A stretch of 64,000 bases of DNA from Gammaproteobacteria bacterium (GCA_003331625.1 QOPF01000008.1:1702-65701); one strand, 5' to 3'; positions 35,565 to 44,450 are shown, numbered from the stretch's first letter. Notes: generated by a model not told the origin, from the sequence alone. Translations and numbers: made by a program.

Positions 35565-35642
35565 GTAAATATCACATCCCTCACAAACCGCCTTTGATAT
35601 CAAAAAAAATTGAAGTAACGGTAGTTAAATAATTCACGCCAA

Positions 35643-35662
35643 TAGTTACTGATAGTTACTGA
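35643..35662. repeat. tandem direct repeat 2 x TAGTTACTGA upstream of the GMC oxidoreductase gene (possible operator)
   Basis: Exact 10-bp units lie at 35643-35652 and 35653-35662, and a third TAGTTA core lies at 35622-35627. The starts are spaced 21 and 10 bp apart. Confidence 0.6.
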
Positions 35663-35735
35663 ACAATCGTTAAATAAAAATTATTTTATTGCACATATTT
35701 TTTCATATTGATAATCTCTCCTAAGGAGAAAAATT

Positions 35736-37361
35736 ATGGAAAAGACTTTTGATTATGTAGTGGTTGGAGCAGGAAGTTCCGGATGCGTTATGGCAAACCG
35801 ACTTAGTGAAGATGGAAAAAAAAGCGTTCTGATTCTTGAAGCCGGAGGCAAAGATAAAAGCATGTTTATTCATATGCCTTCAGGTTATTCGCAAATAGTA
35901 CCTACAAAAAATGACTCAAATTATGGTTTTGAAACAGAACCTGAATCAACTACTAATAATAGAAAGCTCTATTGGCCAAGAGGCAGAGGCTGGGGCGGTT
36001 CGTCTTCAATAAATGCAATGGTCTATATTAGAGGACATTCTCATGATTACGATTTATGGGGACAAATGGGTAACAGCGGTTGGTCTTATGATGATGTTCT
36101 ACCATATTTCAAAAAAGCAGAGTCCTTTAACGGAGAAGGAGATAAAGACTTTCATGGATTCAACGGACCCTTGCATGTAAAAAAGTCTGAAAGGACTGAT
36201 GATGAATTATTAGATGTTTTCGTCGAAGCGGGACAACAGGCTGGCTTTCCTTTAACCAATGACTTCAACGGAGAGAATCAAGAAGGATTTTCTAGATATG
36301 AACACACCATGCACGATACAAAATTTGGACCTAGAAGATGGAGCTCTGCCCGAGCATATTTACATCCTGCGTTGAAAAGAAAAAATTTAACTACCGAAAC
36401 GAATGTTCAAGTAAATAAAGTTCTATTTGAAGGTAAAAAAGCCATTGGCGTAGAGTATCTTCATAAAGGCAAAACTGTATCTGTAAAAGCAAATAAAGAA
36501 GTCATTCTTTCTGCGGGAGCAATAAACTCCCCTCAAATTTTGATGAATAGTGGTATTGGTGATTCTGCAGACCTACTAAAACATGGCATAACTATGGTTC
36601 ATGAACTTAAAGGCGTTGGTAAGAATTTGCAAGATCACTATGCTGTCGTAAATTCTTTTAGCTGCACAAAACCCGTTACCCTTCATAGATCTGCAAGCTT
36701 TATCAGAACTCAGCTATCAGGTTTGCAATATCTGCTTCTTGGAACAGGAGATGCTGCTTTTCCTCCAACTAGTGCTGGTGCCTTTATAAAGTCAAGCCCG
36801 GAAAAGGATATTCCTGATACACAAATTCATTACGCTTCTTTCCATTCTCCTGATCTTCATGGCAGAGAAGGCATTGATCAAGATCATGGATTTAGCGCGG
36901 TTATTTGTATTTTAAGACCTCAAAGCAGAGGTCATTTGGAACTTAAAAGCGCTGATCCAAGCGAAGCTCCTCTTATGTATCCTAATTACTTGTCTGAAGA
37001 GCAGGATGTCATTGATACTAGGAATGCTTTCAGAGAATCCAGAAGAGTATTCTTGCAACCCGCATTTGATGAATATCGTGGCGCACAATCTAAGCCAGAC
37101 CCTGATTTGAATGTTGAAAACGACGACGAAGTTGATGAGTGGGTTAGAAATACGGGCGAGACTTTGTACCATCCAGTTAGCACTTGCAAAATGGGTAGAG
37201 ATGAAATGAGCGTAGTAGACGATAATCTAAAAGTTCATGGTATTGATGGCTTAAGAGTAGTTGATGCATCTATCATGCCAACCTTGATTGGTGGTAACAC
37301 AAATGCTCCAGCTATCATGATTGCTGAAAAAGCAGCAGATCTCATAAGACAAGCAACATAA
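35736..37361 (+). CDS. GMC family oxidoreductase (choline/alcohol dehydrogenase-like flavoprotein)
   Basis: 541-aa ORF with an N-terminal FAD loop DYVVVGAGSSGCVMANRLSE and GMC signatures (GGSSSINAMVYIRG, C-terminal HPVSTCKMG and NTNAPAIMIAEKAAD). A strong AGGAG Shine-Dalgarno (SD) sequence lies at 35724-35728. Confidence 0.88.
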   Translation: MEKTFDYVVVGAGSSGCVMANRLSEDGKKSVLILEAGGKDKSMFIHMPSGYSQIVPTKNDSNYGFETEPESTTNNRKLYWPRGRGWGGSSSINAMVYIRGHSHDYDLWGQMGNSGWSYDDVLPYFKKAESFNGEGDKDFHGFNGPLHVKKSERTDDELLDVFVEAGQQAGFPLTNDFNGENQEGFSRYEHTMHDTKFGPRRWSSARAYLHPALKRKNLTTETNVQVNKVLFEGKKAIGVEYLHKGKTVSVKANKEVILSAGAINSPQILMNSGIGDSADLLKHGITMVHELKGVGKNLQDHYAVVNSFSCTKPVTLHRSASFIRTQLSGLQYLLLGTGDAAFPPTSAGAFIKSSPEKDIPDTQIHYASFHSPDLHGREGIDQDHGFSAVICILRPQSRGHLELKSADPSEAPLMYPNYLSEEQDVIDTRNAFRESRRVFLQPAFDEYRGAQSKPDPDLNVENDDEVDEWVRNTGETLYHPVSTCKMGRDEMSVVDDNLKVHGIDGLRVVDASIMPTLIGGNTNAPAIMIAEKAADLIRQAT

Positions 37362-37882
37362 TGAGAAGAATAATCACAGGCCATGATGAAAATGGTAAAT
37401 CAATTATTTCTATTGATGGTCCGCCTGCTAGATCAATTGGAGAAGAAGCCGGAGGCCTTTTTGAAATCTGGAACACAGACGGAAAGGGGTTCGATACAAA
37501 ATCAGATGAAGATCGGGCGGATATTGATATCGCGCTATCACCAGTAAAAAACGGAACTAAATTTAGATATTTTCAAATTAATCCGATCCCAGAAGGAATG
37601 CCTCAAGATTTGATTGAAGCAGCTACTGCAGAAGCATTTGAAAAAATTGGTGCCGCTCATCATCGTGTTGATACTTCAAGAAATGCTGCAATGCACGAAA
37701 CAGATACCATTGATTACATCATTCTTTTAAAGGGAGATGTAACTTTGATTCTCGATGAAGAAGAGATTCAGTTGAAACCGCATGATGTCGTCGTCCAAAG
37801 AAAGACCAATCATGCTTGGGTAAATAATGGTTCAGAACCAGCCTTGTTAATTGCTGTTTTAATTGACAGTAGTTTGGTTTAA
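37361..37882 (+). CDS. cupin domain protein
   Basis: 173-aa ORF whose start overlaps the GMC stop (TAATG). Its C-terminal beta-barrel region (LKPHDVVVQRKTNHAWVNNGSEPALL) is typical of small cupins. Confidence 0.65.
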   Translation: MRRIITGHDENGKSIISIDGPPARSIGEEAGGLFEIWNTDGKGFDTKSDEDRADIDIALSPVKNGTKFRYFQINPIPEGMPQDLIEAATAEAFEKIGAAHHRVDTSRNAAMHETDTIDYIILLKGDVTLILDEEEIQLKPHDVVVQRKTNHAWVNNGSEPALLIAVLIDSSLV

Positions 37883-37898
37883 AAAAAGCCCTGCAAAT

Positions 37899-38309
37899 AT
37901 GAATATTGAAGTAACTCTTTTTTACACGACAATAATCTCTATTTTTCTATTAGTTTTGTCTGTGAGAGTCATAGACCTAAGAGGCAGTCCCGTAACAAAA
38001 TTTATGCACACAGCAGAAAGAAAAATTGAGGAGCAAACACTTGAAAGAGCAATTAGAGGACATGGTAATTTAATAGAGTATGCTCCTTTGTTTTTAATTT
38101 TAATGTTTATCTTAGAATTAAGCGGCGCTTCTACTCAGTTACTTTATTTAAGTGGATTAATTTTTACTTTAGGAAGGTTCATGCATGGCATAGTTTATGC
38201 ATTCATGAAACCTAATCTCTTTATGAGAATAGGAGGCATGTCACTAACTTTTCTAGGCATGATAAGTTTAATTTTAATTGCAATGCAGATTTTTTTTAAA
38301 ACAATTTAG
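37899..38309 (+). CDS. MAPEG family membrane protein (YecN-like)
   Basis: The track ORF starts at 37863 and I prefer ATG 37899 (MNIEVTLFY). It has 4 TM helices and the RAIRGHGNLIEYAPLF motif typical of MAPEG. Confidence 0.7.
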   Translation: MNIEVTLFYTTIISIFLLVLSVRVIDLRGSPVTKFMHTAERKIEEQTLERAIRGHGNLIEYAPLFLILMFILELSGASTQLLYLSGLIFTLGRFMHGIVYAFMKPNLFMRIGGMSLTFLGMISLILIAMQIFFKTI

Positions 38310-38311
38310 AA

Positions 38312-38677
38312 ATGGAATTTTGGTTCTTAATTTGTGGAGCTAGCCTTTCATTTATAGGCGCGATATTTCATGGAGTTGTCGGTCAGAAGAAATATATGGG
38401 GAACATATATGCTAGCGATCTACCAGACTTATCAAAATCATTGAGTTTAGTTTCTTGGCATGTTTTTACAATCTTTCTTGTCATGAGTAGCTTAATTTTG
38501 ATAGGCGTTGCATTTTATGAAAATTTTTATATCGCAACCTATCCGATAATAGGAATTAACCTTTTCGGCACTTTTTTGTTTATCTTTTTAGGTCTGGGAA
38601 GACATAAAATCTTATTAACCTTACCGGGAGCTTACCTTATGGGCGGCACAGCTTTTTTTGCTTGGATGGGGCTTTAA
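38312..38677 (+). CDS. hypothetical 4-TM membrane protein
   Basis: 121-aa hydrophobic ORF 2 nt after the MAPEG gene. I recognise no family. Confidence 0.5.
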   Translation: MEFWFLICGASLSFIGAIFHGVVGQKKYMGNIYASDLPDLSKSLSLVSWHVFTIFLVMSSLILIGVAFYENFYIATYPIIGINLFGTFLFIFLGLGRHKILLTLPGAYLMGGTAFFAWMGL

Positions 38678-38707
38678 AAAAATATTAGACGTGAAAAGTT
38701 TGTAGAA

Positions 38708-38719
38708 GATAACGTTATC
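38708..38719. promoter_or_regulatory. 12-bp perfect palindrome GATAACGTTATC upstream of the MerC-like gene (possible operator)
   Basis: Perfect dyad 29 bp upstream of the ATG at 38748, within a 70-bp spacer. Confidence 0.35.
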
Positions 38720-38747
38720 GAATAAAGTTACATGCAATTATAGAATC

Positions 38748-39155
38748 ATGAAGATAAATCAAGAGCTTTCAGACAAATACGCAATAGGTATTTCGCTATT
38801 ATGTACTTTTAATTGTCTATTTCTTCCTTCGATTCTTATCTTGTCTTCCAGTTATTTAGCTGCACAAATTGACACAGAACTTGTTCATGGCCTCATTTTG
38901 CTCATTGCTATTCCTTTAAGTATTTTTGCGCTTTCGTTAGGCTTAAAAAATCATAATGAAAAATCTGTTTTCTTCCTAGGCTTGTTTGGCTTATCCCTGA
39001 TGGCAGGGGGTTTTTTGTTTGGTAGCATAGTGGGCGAATTTGGAGAGAAATTTCTTACTTTTTTTGGTTCCTTAGTTGTGGTATTCGCACACTATAAAAA
39101 TTATAAAGCTTGTCGAGCTCAAGATTGCGATTGTCACGATAAAACAGCTATTTAA
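38748..39155 (+). CDS. MerC-domain membrane protein with Cys/His-rich C-terminal tail
   Basis: 135-aa 4-TM ORF. The first helix carries LCTFNCLFLP (the MerC-type CxxxC in TM1 as I recall it), and the tail is YKACRAQDCDCHDK. Confidence 0.6.
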   Translation: MKINQELSDKYAIGISLLCTFNCLFLPSILILSSSYLAAQIDTELVHGLILLIAIPLSIFALSLGLKNHNEKSVFFLGLFGLSLMAGGFLFGSIVGEFGEKFLTFFGSLVVVFAHYKNYKACRAQDCDCHDKTAI

Positions 39156-39162
39156 TAATATT

Positions 39163-39936
39163 TTGAAAAATTTTTTAATTTTATATTTCATTCTTCTGTC
39201 TTCTTTTGGATTTAGCGATCCTCTCTCTGATGCTGTACAAAGCACAGAACGAGATACCAACAATGTCCTAAGAGATGTTCACCGTAACCCTTATGAAACT
39301 TTGTCTTTTTTTGAAATAAAGCCTTCTATGACTGTGATTGAATTATCACCTGGGGGTGGTTGGTATACGGAAATCCTAGCAAATTATCTAAATAAATCTG
39401 GAAATTTAATTGCTGCTCATTTTGCCAAAAACTCTTCCAATGCTTACTTGAAAAACAGCAGGAATAATTTTGAAAAAAAAATGGATTCTAAAAAGATTTA
39501 CAAAAAAGTTAAAATCGTAGATTTAAATTCTAATCTTGCAGCGCCAGAAACTGTAGATGCCGTTCTAACTTTTAGAAACCTTCATAACTGGCTTGGTTCT
39601 ACGATGGATAAAATTTTTATGAATTCATATAAGTCTTTAAAGCCAGGCGGTATTTTTGGCGTTGTTGAACACAGAGCTGCCTCTGGAACATCTTTTGAAG
39701 AAATGAAAAAAAGCGGCTACGTAACAGAAGAACATGCTATAAAAATTGCCAAAAAACATGGCTTTGAGCTTGTTAAAAAGTCAGAGATAAATTCAAATGC
39801 ACAAGACACTAAAAATTATCCCAAAGGCGTTTGGACTTTGCCGCCGAGTCTTAGAATGAAAGACGTTAATAAAGAAAAGTACCTAAATATCGGCGAAAGC
39901 GACAGAATGACATTATTATTTAGAAAAGTTTTATAA
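39163..39936 (+). CDS. class I SAM-dependent methyltransferase with N-terminal signal peptide (COG4798-like)
   Basis: The track ORF (39076) overlaps the MerC-like gene, and in-frame TTG 39163 gives the signal-like N-terminus KNFLILYFILLSSFGFS. The methyltransferase motif I region is VIELSPGGGWYTEIL and motif-post-I is LKPGGIFGVVEH. Confidence 0.65.
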   Translation: MKNFLILYFILLSSFGFSDPLSDAVQSTERDTNNVLRDVHRNPYETLSFFEIKPSMTVIELSPGGGWYTEILANYLNKSGNLIAAHFAKNSSNAYLKNSRNNFEKKMDSKKIYKKVKIVDLNSNLAAPETVDAVLTFRNLHNWLGSTMDKIFMNSYKSLKPGGIFGVVEHRAASGTSFEEMKKSGYVTEEHAIKIAKKHGFELVKKSEINSNAQDTKNYPKGVWTLPPSLRMKDVNKEKYLNIGESDRMTLLFRKVL

Positions 39937-39955
39937 TTAAGAAAGACCTTAAAAT

Positions 39956-40189
39956 ATGACAGAGTTTCAAGCAAGTGCATTAAACGCAACAAAAAGAATC
40001 TTAGGCGGCTCAAGTCTGGTTTTAGCAATTGTTTACACAATAGGACATATTTTTATCGCTATTATTTGTGTGCGTCTTATTACTGGAGCTTCTTTGGAAC
40101 TTGCTGCGGTAGATGCCTTAGTTGAACCAATAATAAATGGCTTTTGGTTTTATCTATTACATTCCACTTGGAAAAAATTTCAAAAATAA
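39956..40189 (+). CDS. small 2-TM membrane protein, DUF2061-like
   Basis: 77-aa ORF whose pattern TGASLELAAVDALVEPIINGFWFYLLHSTW resembles DUF2061 as I remember it. Confidence 0.5.
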   Translation: MTEFQASALNATKRILGGSSLVLAIVYTIGHIFIAIICVRLITGASLELAAVDALVEPIINGFWFYLLHSTWKKFQK

Positions 40190-40247
40190 TTCTTCTGTTT
40201 ATAGAGTTTTGGATTGAAATTTTAAAAAATAAATTTAATATTTAATA

Positions 40248-41441
40248 ATGCTTAAACAAGAACAAAATCGACTTTTAAAAGGTTTGTTGAAACATTTGGA
40301 TGCTAAGACAAATGTGGATGCGGGCGGGATAATGAAAACACCTGCAGAAACTTACATTTCCGAAGACCGATTTGAAACTGAGTGGAAAACTTTTTTTCAA
40401 GATCATCCTCAAATCATTGGTATGTCAGGAGACTTAGCGGAGGCAAACAGTTTCTTTACTGTAAATGATTTTGGGCCTTCAATAATTGCAACTAGAGACC
40501 CCGCAGGGAAATTTAAAGCTTATGCAAATGTATGTTCTCATCGAGGAGCTGAAATAGAGCAAGAAAAAAGAGGTGTTAAATCTAAATTTTCTTGTCCTTT
40601 TCATGGCTGGACTTTTAATAATCAAGGATCTTTGGTTGGCTACCCTCAAAGCAAGCAATTTGGAGAAATAGATAAGGATTGTTATGGCTTAACCGAATTA
40701 CCTTGTTTAGAAAAGTATGGTTTTTTATGGGTTCATCCAAATTCTAAAGGCGAAATAAATTTGAAGGATTTACTTGGCGATAAACTTGAAGAAGAATTTT
40801 CAGCTTGGGATTTCAACAAACTCATTTTTTCCAATGAGGAAGAGTATCAAACAGACATGAATTGGAAGCTGGCAATAGACACCTTTGGCGAAACCTATCA
40901 TTTTTCTGTTTTACATAAAGATTCGCTTTTTCAGTCTTTCCACGGCAATTGCCAAATGTTCGATAGTTTTAAAAAGAATGGAAGATTGATTTTATGTAAA
41001 AGAGATATAGACGAAATGCGAAAACTTCCTGAAAAAGATTGGAAAATCTGTACTGGCACTTTGCCGGTGTATTATTTGTTCCCCAATATTATTTTTATGC
41101 CAACTCCTGAAGGAGCATTTCTAGTTAGAGAATATCCATTAGAAAACTCACCGCATAAAAGTGTATCTAAAATCTCTTTTTATTTTTATCCAGAAGCATT
41201 GGAAGCTGCAAATAAAATGGGCGTATCTCCAGAAACAGGTCTAAATCCATTAGAAGAGTTATACAGTGCTTTCGGAAGCGTCATAAGAGATGAAGATTAT
41301 GTGGTCGCTGCATCCTCTCACAAAGGTCTTAAGTCGGGAAATCTTGATTTCTTAACATTTGGTCGAAATGAACCGGCTTTGCATCATTATCACAACACTT
41401 ACAGAGAGGCTTTAGGCCTTCAAAAACTTCCGCTCATTTAA
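40248..41441 (+). CDS. Rieske [2Fe-2S] non-heme-iron oxygenase, alpha subunit
   Basis: 397-aa ORF with Rieske motif CSHRGAEI...CPFHGWTF and the mononuclear iron motif DTFGETYHFSVLH. No beta subunit or reductase is adjacent. Confidence 0.85.
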   Translation: MLKQEQNRLLKGLLKHLDAKTNVDAGGIMKTPAETYISEDRFETEWKTFFQDHPQIIGMSGDLAEANSFFTVNDFGPSIIATRDPAGKFKAYANVCSHRGAEIEQEKRGVKSKFSCPFHGWTFNNQGSLVGYPQSKQFGEIDKDCYGLTELPCLEKYGFLWVHPNSKGEINLKDLLGDKLEEEFSAWDFNKLIFSNEEEYQTDMNWKLAIDTFGETYHFSVLHKDSLFQSFHGNCQMFDSFKKNGRLILCKRDIDEMRKLPEKDWKICTGTLPVYYLFPNIIFMPTPEGAFLVREYPLENSPHKSVSKISFYFYPEALEAANKMGVSPETGLNPLEELYSAFGSVIRDEDYVVAASSHKGLKSGNLDFLTFGRNEPALHHYHNTYREALGLQKLPLI

Positions 41442-41450
41442 TTTCTAAAA

Positions 41451-42185
41451 ATGATTGATCTTTACTATGCCCCAACTCCTAACGGGTGGAAAATCTCTAT
41501 TATGCTTGAAGAGTGTGAGATGGATTACAAAGTCATTCTTGTTAATCTTGGAAAAGGCGACCAATTTAAGCCTGAATTTCTTAAAATAAGCCCGAATAAT
41601 AGAATGCCAGTAATTGTAGATCATGAAAATATAGTCGAAAAAGAGCCCATGAGCGTTTTCGAATCAGGAGCAATTTTGATGTATTTAGGAGAGAAAGCCG
41701 GTAAATTCTTTCCACAAACATCACCCGAAAAGCAAAAAGTTTTAGAATGGTTATTCTGGCAAGTTGGAGGCTTAGGACCAATGGCAGGTCAAGTAAGTCA
41801 CTTTGTAAATTACGCACCAAACTTTCCAGGAGATCACTCTTATTCCGAAAAACGTTATAAAAATGAATACGATCGGTTATTAGGAGTAATGGACAAAATC
41901 CTGGAAGAAAGAGAGTACCTTGCTGGAGATTACTCTATTGCAGATATGGCTTCTTTTCCTTGGGTAACTGCTTATAAAAGATACGAAGTAAATTTAGATG
42001 TTTTTTCTAATGTAAGGCGTTGGTTTGATGCCATAAAAGTTAGGCCAGCGGTAAGAAGGGGTATGGACGTCGGTAAAGCAGCAAGAAATTTTGGAGAAGG
42101 CATTTCCAAGGATAGTTTAAAAACCATGTTCAAACAGGATGCGAAAAGTATCTCTGAAATGGCAAAGAAAAAAGAAAACGAATAA
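41451..42185 (+). CDS. glutathione S-transferase (YfcG/YghU-like)
   Basis: 244-aa ORF with an N-terminal thioredoxin-like half (LYYAPTPNGWKISIMLEE, NNRMPVIVDH, VFESGAILMYL) and a helical C-terminal half. Confidence 0.8.
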   Translation: MIDLYYAPTPNGWKISIMLEECEMDYKVILVNLGKGDQFKPEFLKISPNNRMPVIVDHENIVEKEPMSVFESGAILMYLGEKAGKFFPQTSPEKQKVLEWLFWQVGGLGPMAGQVSHFVNYAPNFPGDHSYSEKRYKNEYDRLLGVMDKILEEREYLAGDYSIADMASFPWVTAYKRYEVNLDVFSNVRRWFDAIKVRPAVRRGMDVGKAARNFGEGISKDSLKTMFKQDAKSISEMAKKKENE

Positions 42186-42193
42186 CTAAGTTT

Positions 42194-42790
42194 TTATAAT
42201 TGCTCTTCAATAAGCTGAATTCTGTCATTACCAAAATACATATCATCTTCATTGAGAAAGAAAGTAGGCGAGCCAAAACCTCCTCTATCCATCAGCTCTT
42301 GAGTATTTTCAATTAGTTTTGATTTGGTTTCAGGCTTAACAATAAATTCCAGAAATTTATTTGCCTCAACAGAAAGATCTTCAACAATTTTTGAAAGACA
42401 TGCATCGCTTGATATGTCATGCCCCAAAGTCCAATAAGCTTCAAAAACTTTTTCTAAATATTTCTCTAGATTCGAGTCATCATCAAGGAAATAAAAAGCT
42501 CCCCTCATTGCTTTGACACTATTAATAGGAAAAATTTTAGGCCAATTTATAGTGATGCCTCTTAAGCAAGCCCAATCTTCCATATCCTTTTGAGAATAAT
42601 CTAATTTTTCTTTAACAGGATTTTTTCTGCTTTCATAGACGCTCGGATTTATTGAATTAAAAATTCCCCCAACCAAAATGGGTTTCCAGAGTATCTTAAA
42701 ATCCTTTCTTTCTCTTAGTTTAAGAATTCCTCTGAAAGATAAATAAGTCCATGGGCTGCTACAGTCTAAATAGTACTCAATTTCTTTCAT
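42194..42790 (-). CDS. 2-hydroxychromene-2-carboxylate isomerase family protein (DsbA-like)
   Basis: 198-aa ORF with N-terminal YLDCSSPWTY and C-terminal GGFGSPTFFL..MYFGNDRI patterns typical of HCCA-isomerase/DsbA-like proteins. Confidence 0.75.
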   Translation of the reverse strand: MKEIEYYLDCSSPWTYLSFRGILKLRERKDFKILWKPILVGGIFNSINPSVYESRKNPVKEKLDYSQKDMEDWACLRGITINWPKIFPINSVKAMRGAFYFLDDDSNLEKYLEKVFEAYWTLGHDISSDACLSKIVEDLSVEANKFLEFIVKPETKSKLIENTQELMDRGGFGSPTFFLNEDDMYFGNDRIQLIEEQL

Positions 42791-42891
42791 TATTAATTCA
42801 ATAGTTTTTTAAAGCTTATTCAATAAAGAAAACTATTCTAATCACATTTAAAAGAAAAGGCAGGCTAATTTTCTCTTTAAATCTCCAAGAT

Positions 42892-43698
42892 ATGTATAAT
42901 TGCCAGCCGATGTCAGCATTAAGGTATGTTTCTTTTATTCTTGGAATAGGCTTCTTGTCTTTAGGTCTAATCATTAGCATCTTAAGTAGCTTCTTTTACT
43001 TAGATTTTTCTTCTGGCGTACAAAATTTCATCCTAATGTTTGTGGGAGTTATATTTTTTTGGCTTTCTTTAGAGAAGGTCCATCCAGAAGGTTATAAATT
43101 TTTTCTGATTTTCTTAAGCCTGTCTTTGACAGTAGGAATTTTTTTTAAAACTCTCGGAATTATTGGATTCCTTATAACGATTTTTGTTCTTTGGTTTTTT
43201 AGAGACCCTGAAAGAAATATTCCATTAAATAGTAATAATATTATTTCACCTGCAGATGGCGTGATTTGTAAAATAGAAAAAAGTAGAAGCCCTGTAGAAG
43301 CAAACATTCAAAGTGAATTTTTAAAAATTTCAGTCTTTATGAATGTCTTCAATGTTCACGTGAATAGAGCTCCAGTGGCAGGAAAAATTAAAGAAATAAT
43401 TTATGTCCCTGGAAAATTTTTCAATGCAAGTTTAGATAAGGCAAGCGAGCACAACGAAAGAAATATATTAATTTTTGAGAACGATAAAAACGAAGAGATA
43501 ATCACTGTCCAAATAGCAGGATTAATAGCAAGAAGAATTCTTTCTTTTGTAAATCGTTTAGATACTTTAAAGATAGGGGAGCGATTTGGACTAATCAGGT
43601 TCGGTTCCAGAGTGGATGTTTATGTGCCAACTTCATATCAACCTAAAGTTAAGCTAGGAGAAAAAGTTATAGCCGGAGAAAGCATAATTGCGAACTAG
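42892..43698 (+). CDS. psd: phosphatidylserine decarboxylase, short membrane-anchored type
   Basis: 268-aa ORF with an N-terminal multi-TM region followed by RDPERNIP, SPADG, VHVNRAPVAGKI, QIAGLIARRI and the self-cleavage site FGSRVDVYVP. The start may be the downstream Met at 42910. Confidence 0.88.
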   Translation: MYNCQPMSALRYVSFILGIGFLSLGLIISILSSFFYLDFSSGVQNFILMFVGVIFFWLSLEKVHPEGYKFFLIFLSLSLTVGIFFKTLGIIGFLITIFVLWFFRDPERNIPLNSNNIISPADGVICKIEKSRSPVEANIQSEFLKISVFMNVFNVHVNRAPVAGKIKEIIYVPGKFFNASLDKASEHNERNILIFENDKNEEIITVQIAGLIARRILSFVNRLDTLKIGERFGLIRFGSRVDVYVPTSYQPKVKLGEKVIAGESIIAN

Positions 43699-43703
43699 AT
43701 GTT

Positions 43704-44450
43704 ATGTCAGAGAGAAGTATTAAAAATTTTATACCTAATTTAATAACTCTTACGGGATTATGTTTTGGCTTAAGCTCAATAAGGTTTTCTTTTTTAGATG
43801 ATTTTAAAGCTGCATTGGTGTGCATTTTAATTGCAGCTATATGCGATGTCCTAGATGGACTTTTCTCTAGATTGTTAAAATCGCAATCCGATTTAGGTGC
43901 TGAATTGGACTCCCTAGCAGACTTTTTAAGTTTTGGAGTTGCTCCGGGATTTTTAATTTATTTTGGAATTTTAGAAACATTAGAAATATGGGGATATTTT
44001 GCTGTAACTGCCTTTATTGTTTTTGCTTGTTTGAGGTTAGCTATATTTAATTTAAATCTGCCTCCTTCAGAAGATGCGAAAAAAAGAGGCTATTTTTTGG
44101 GTATTCCTACTCCTGCTGGCGCAGGATTAATCTTATTGCCTTTAATACATTCTTTTTTAGACTTTAATTGGGGGTTAGAAAATCCTAAGTTAGTTGCTAT
44201 TTATATTGGAGTTGTTGGCTTATTGATGGTGAGCAAAATTCCAACATTCTCAGTAAAAGAATTGAATTTAAATATTAATAGGAAATTTTTTCTAAGATTT
44301 TTTGTAGGTTTTGCAATCATTGTGATGTTAATGATTAACTTTCTGTGGCAGTTTTTGTCAGTAGTTGGAATGATTTATATTTTAGGAATACCCTTTGCAA
44401 TCTTTATTTTTAGAAAAAATCGTCATAAGAAGAAAGAAGAAGCAGTTTAG
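43704..44450 (+). CDS. pssA: CDP-diacylglycerol--serine O-phosphatidyltransferase (CDP-alcohol phosphatidyltransferase type)
   Basis: 248-aa polytopic ORF with the motif DVLDGLFSRLL..GAELDSLAD, adjacent to psd. Confidence 0.85.
   Translation: MSERSIKNFIPNLITLTGLCFGLSSIRFSFLDDFKAALVCILIAAICDVLDGLFSRLLKSQSDLGAELDSLADFLSFGVAPGFLIYFGILETLEIWGYFAVTAFIVFACLRLAIFNLNLPPSEDAKKRGYFLGIPTPAGAGLILLPLIHSFLDFNWGLENPKLVAIYIGVVGLLMVSKIPTFSVKELNLNINRKFFLRFFVGFAIIVMLMINFLWQFLSVVGMIYILGIPFAIFIFRKNRHKKKEEAV

Noticed and set aside
39076-39162. Upstream extension of the methyltransferase ORF overlapping the MerC-like gene by 80 nt
   Set aside because: The extension translates to non-protein-like sequence inside the MerC-like gene. 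The in-frame TTG at 39163 yields a clean signal peptide. The exact start remains uncertain.
43345-43362. parS-like ATGTTCACGTGAATAG inside psd
   Set aside because: It shares only the CACGTG core. The left arm is shifted by one base and the right arm has two mismatches, so it is not a credible ParB site.
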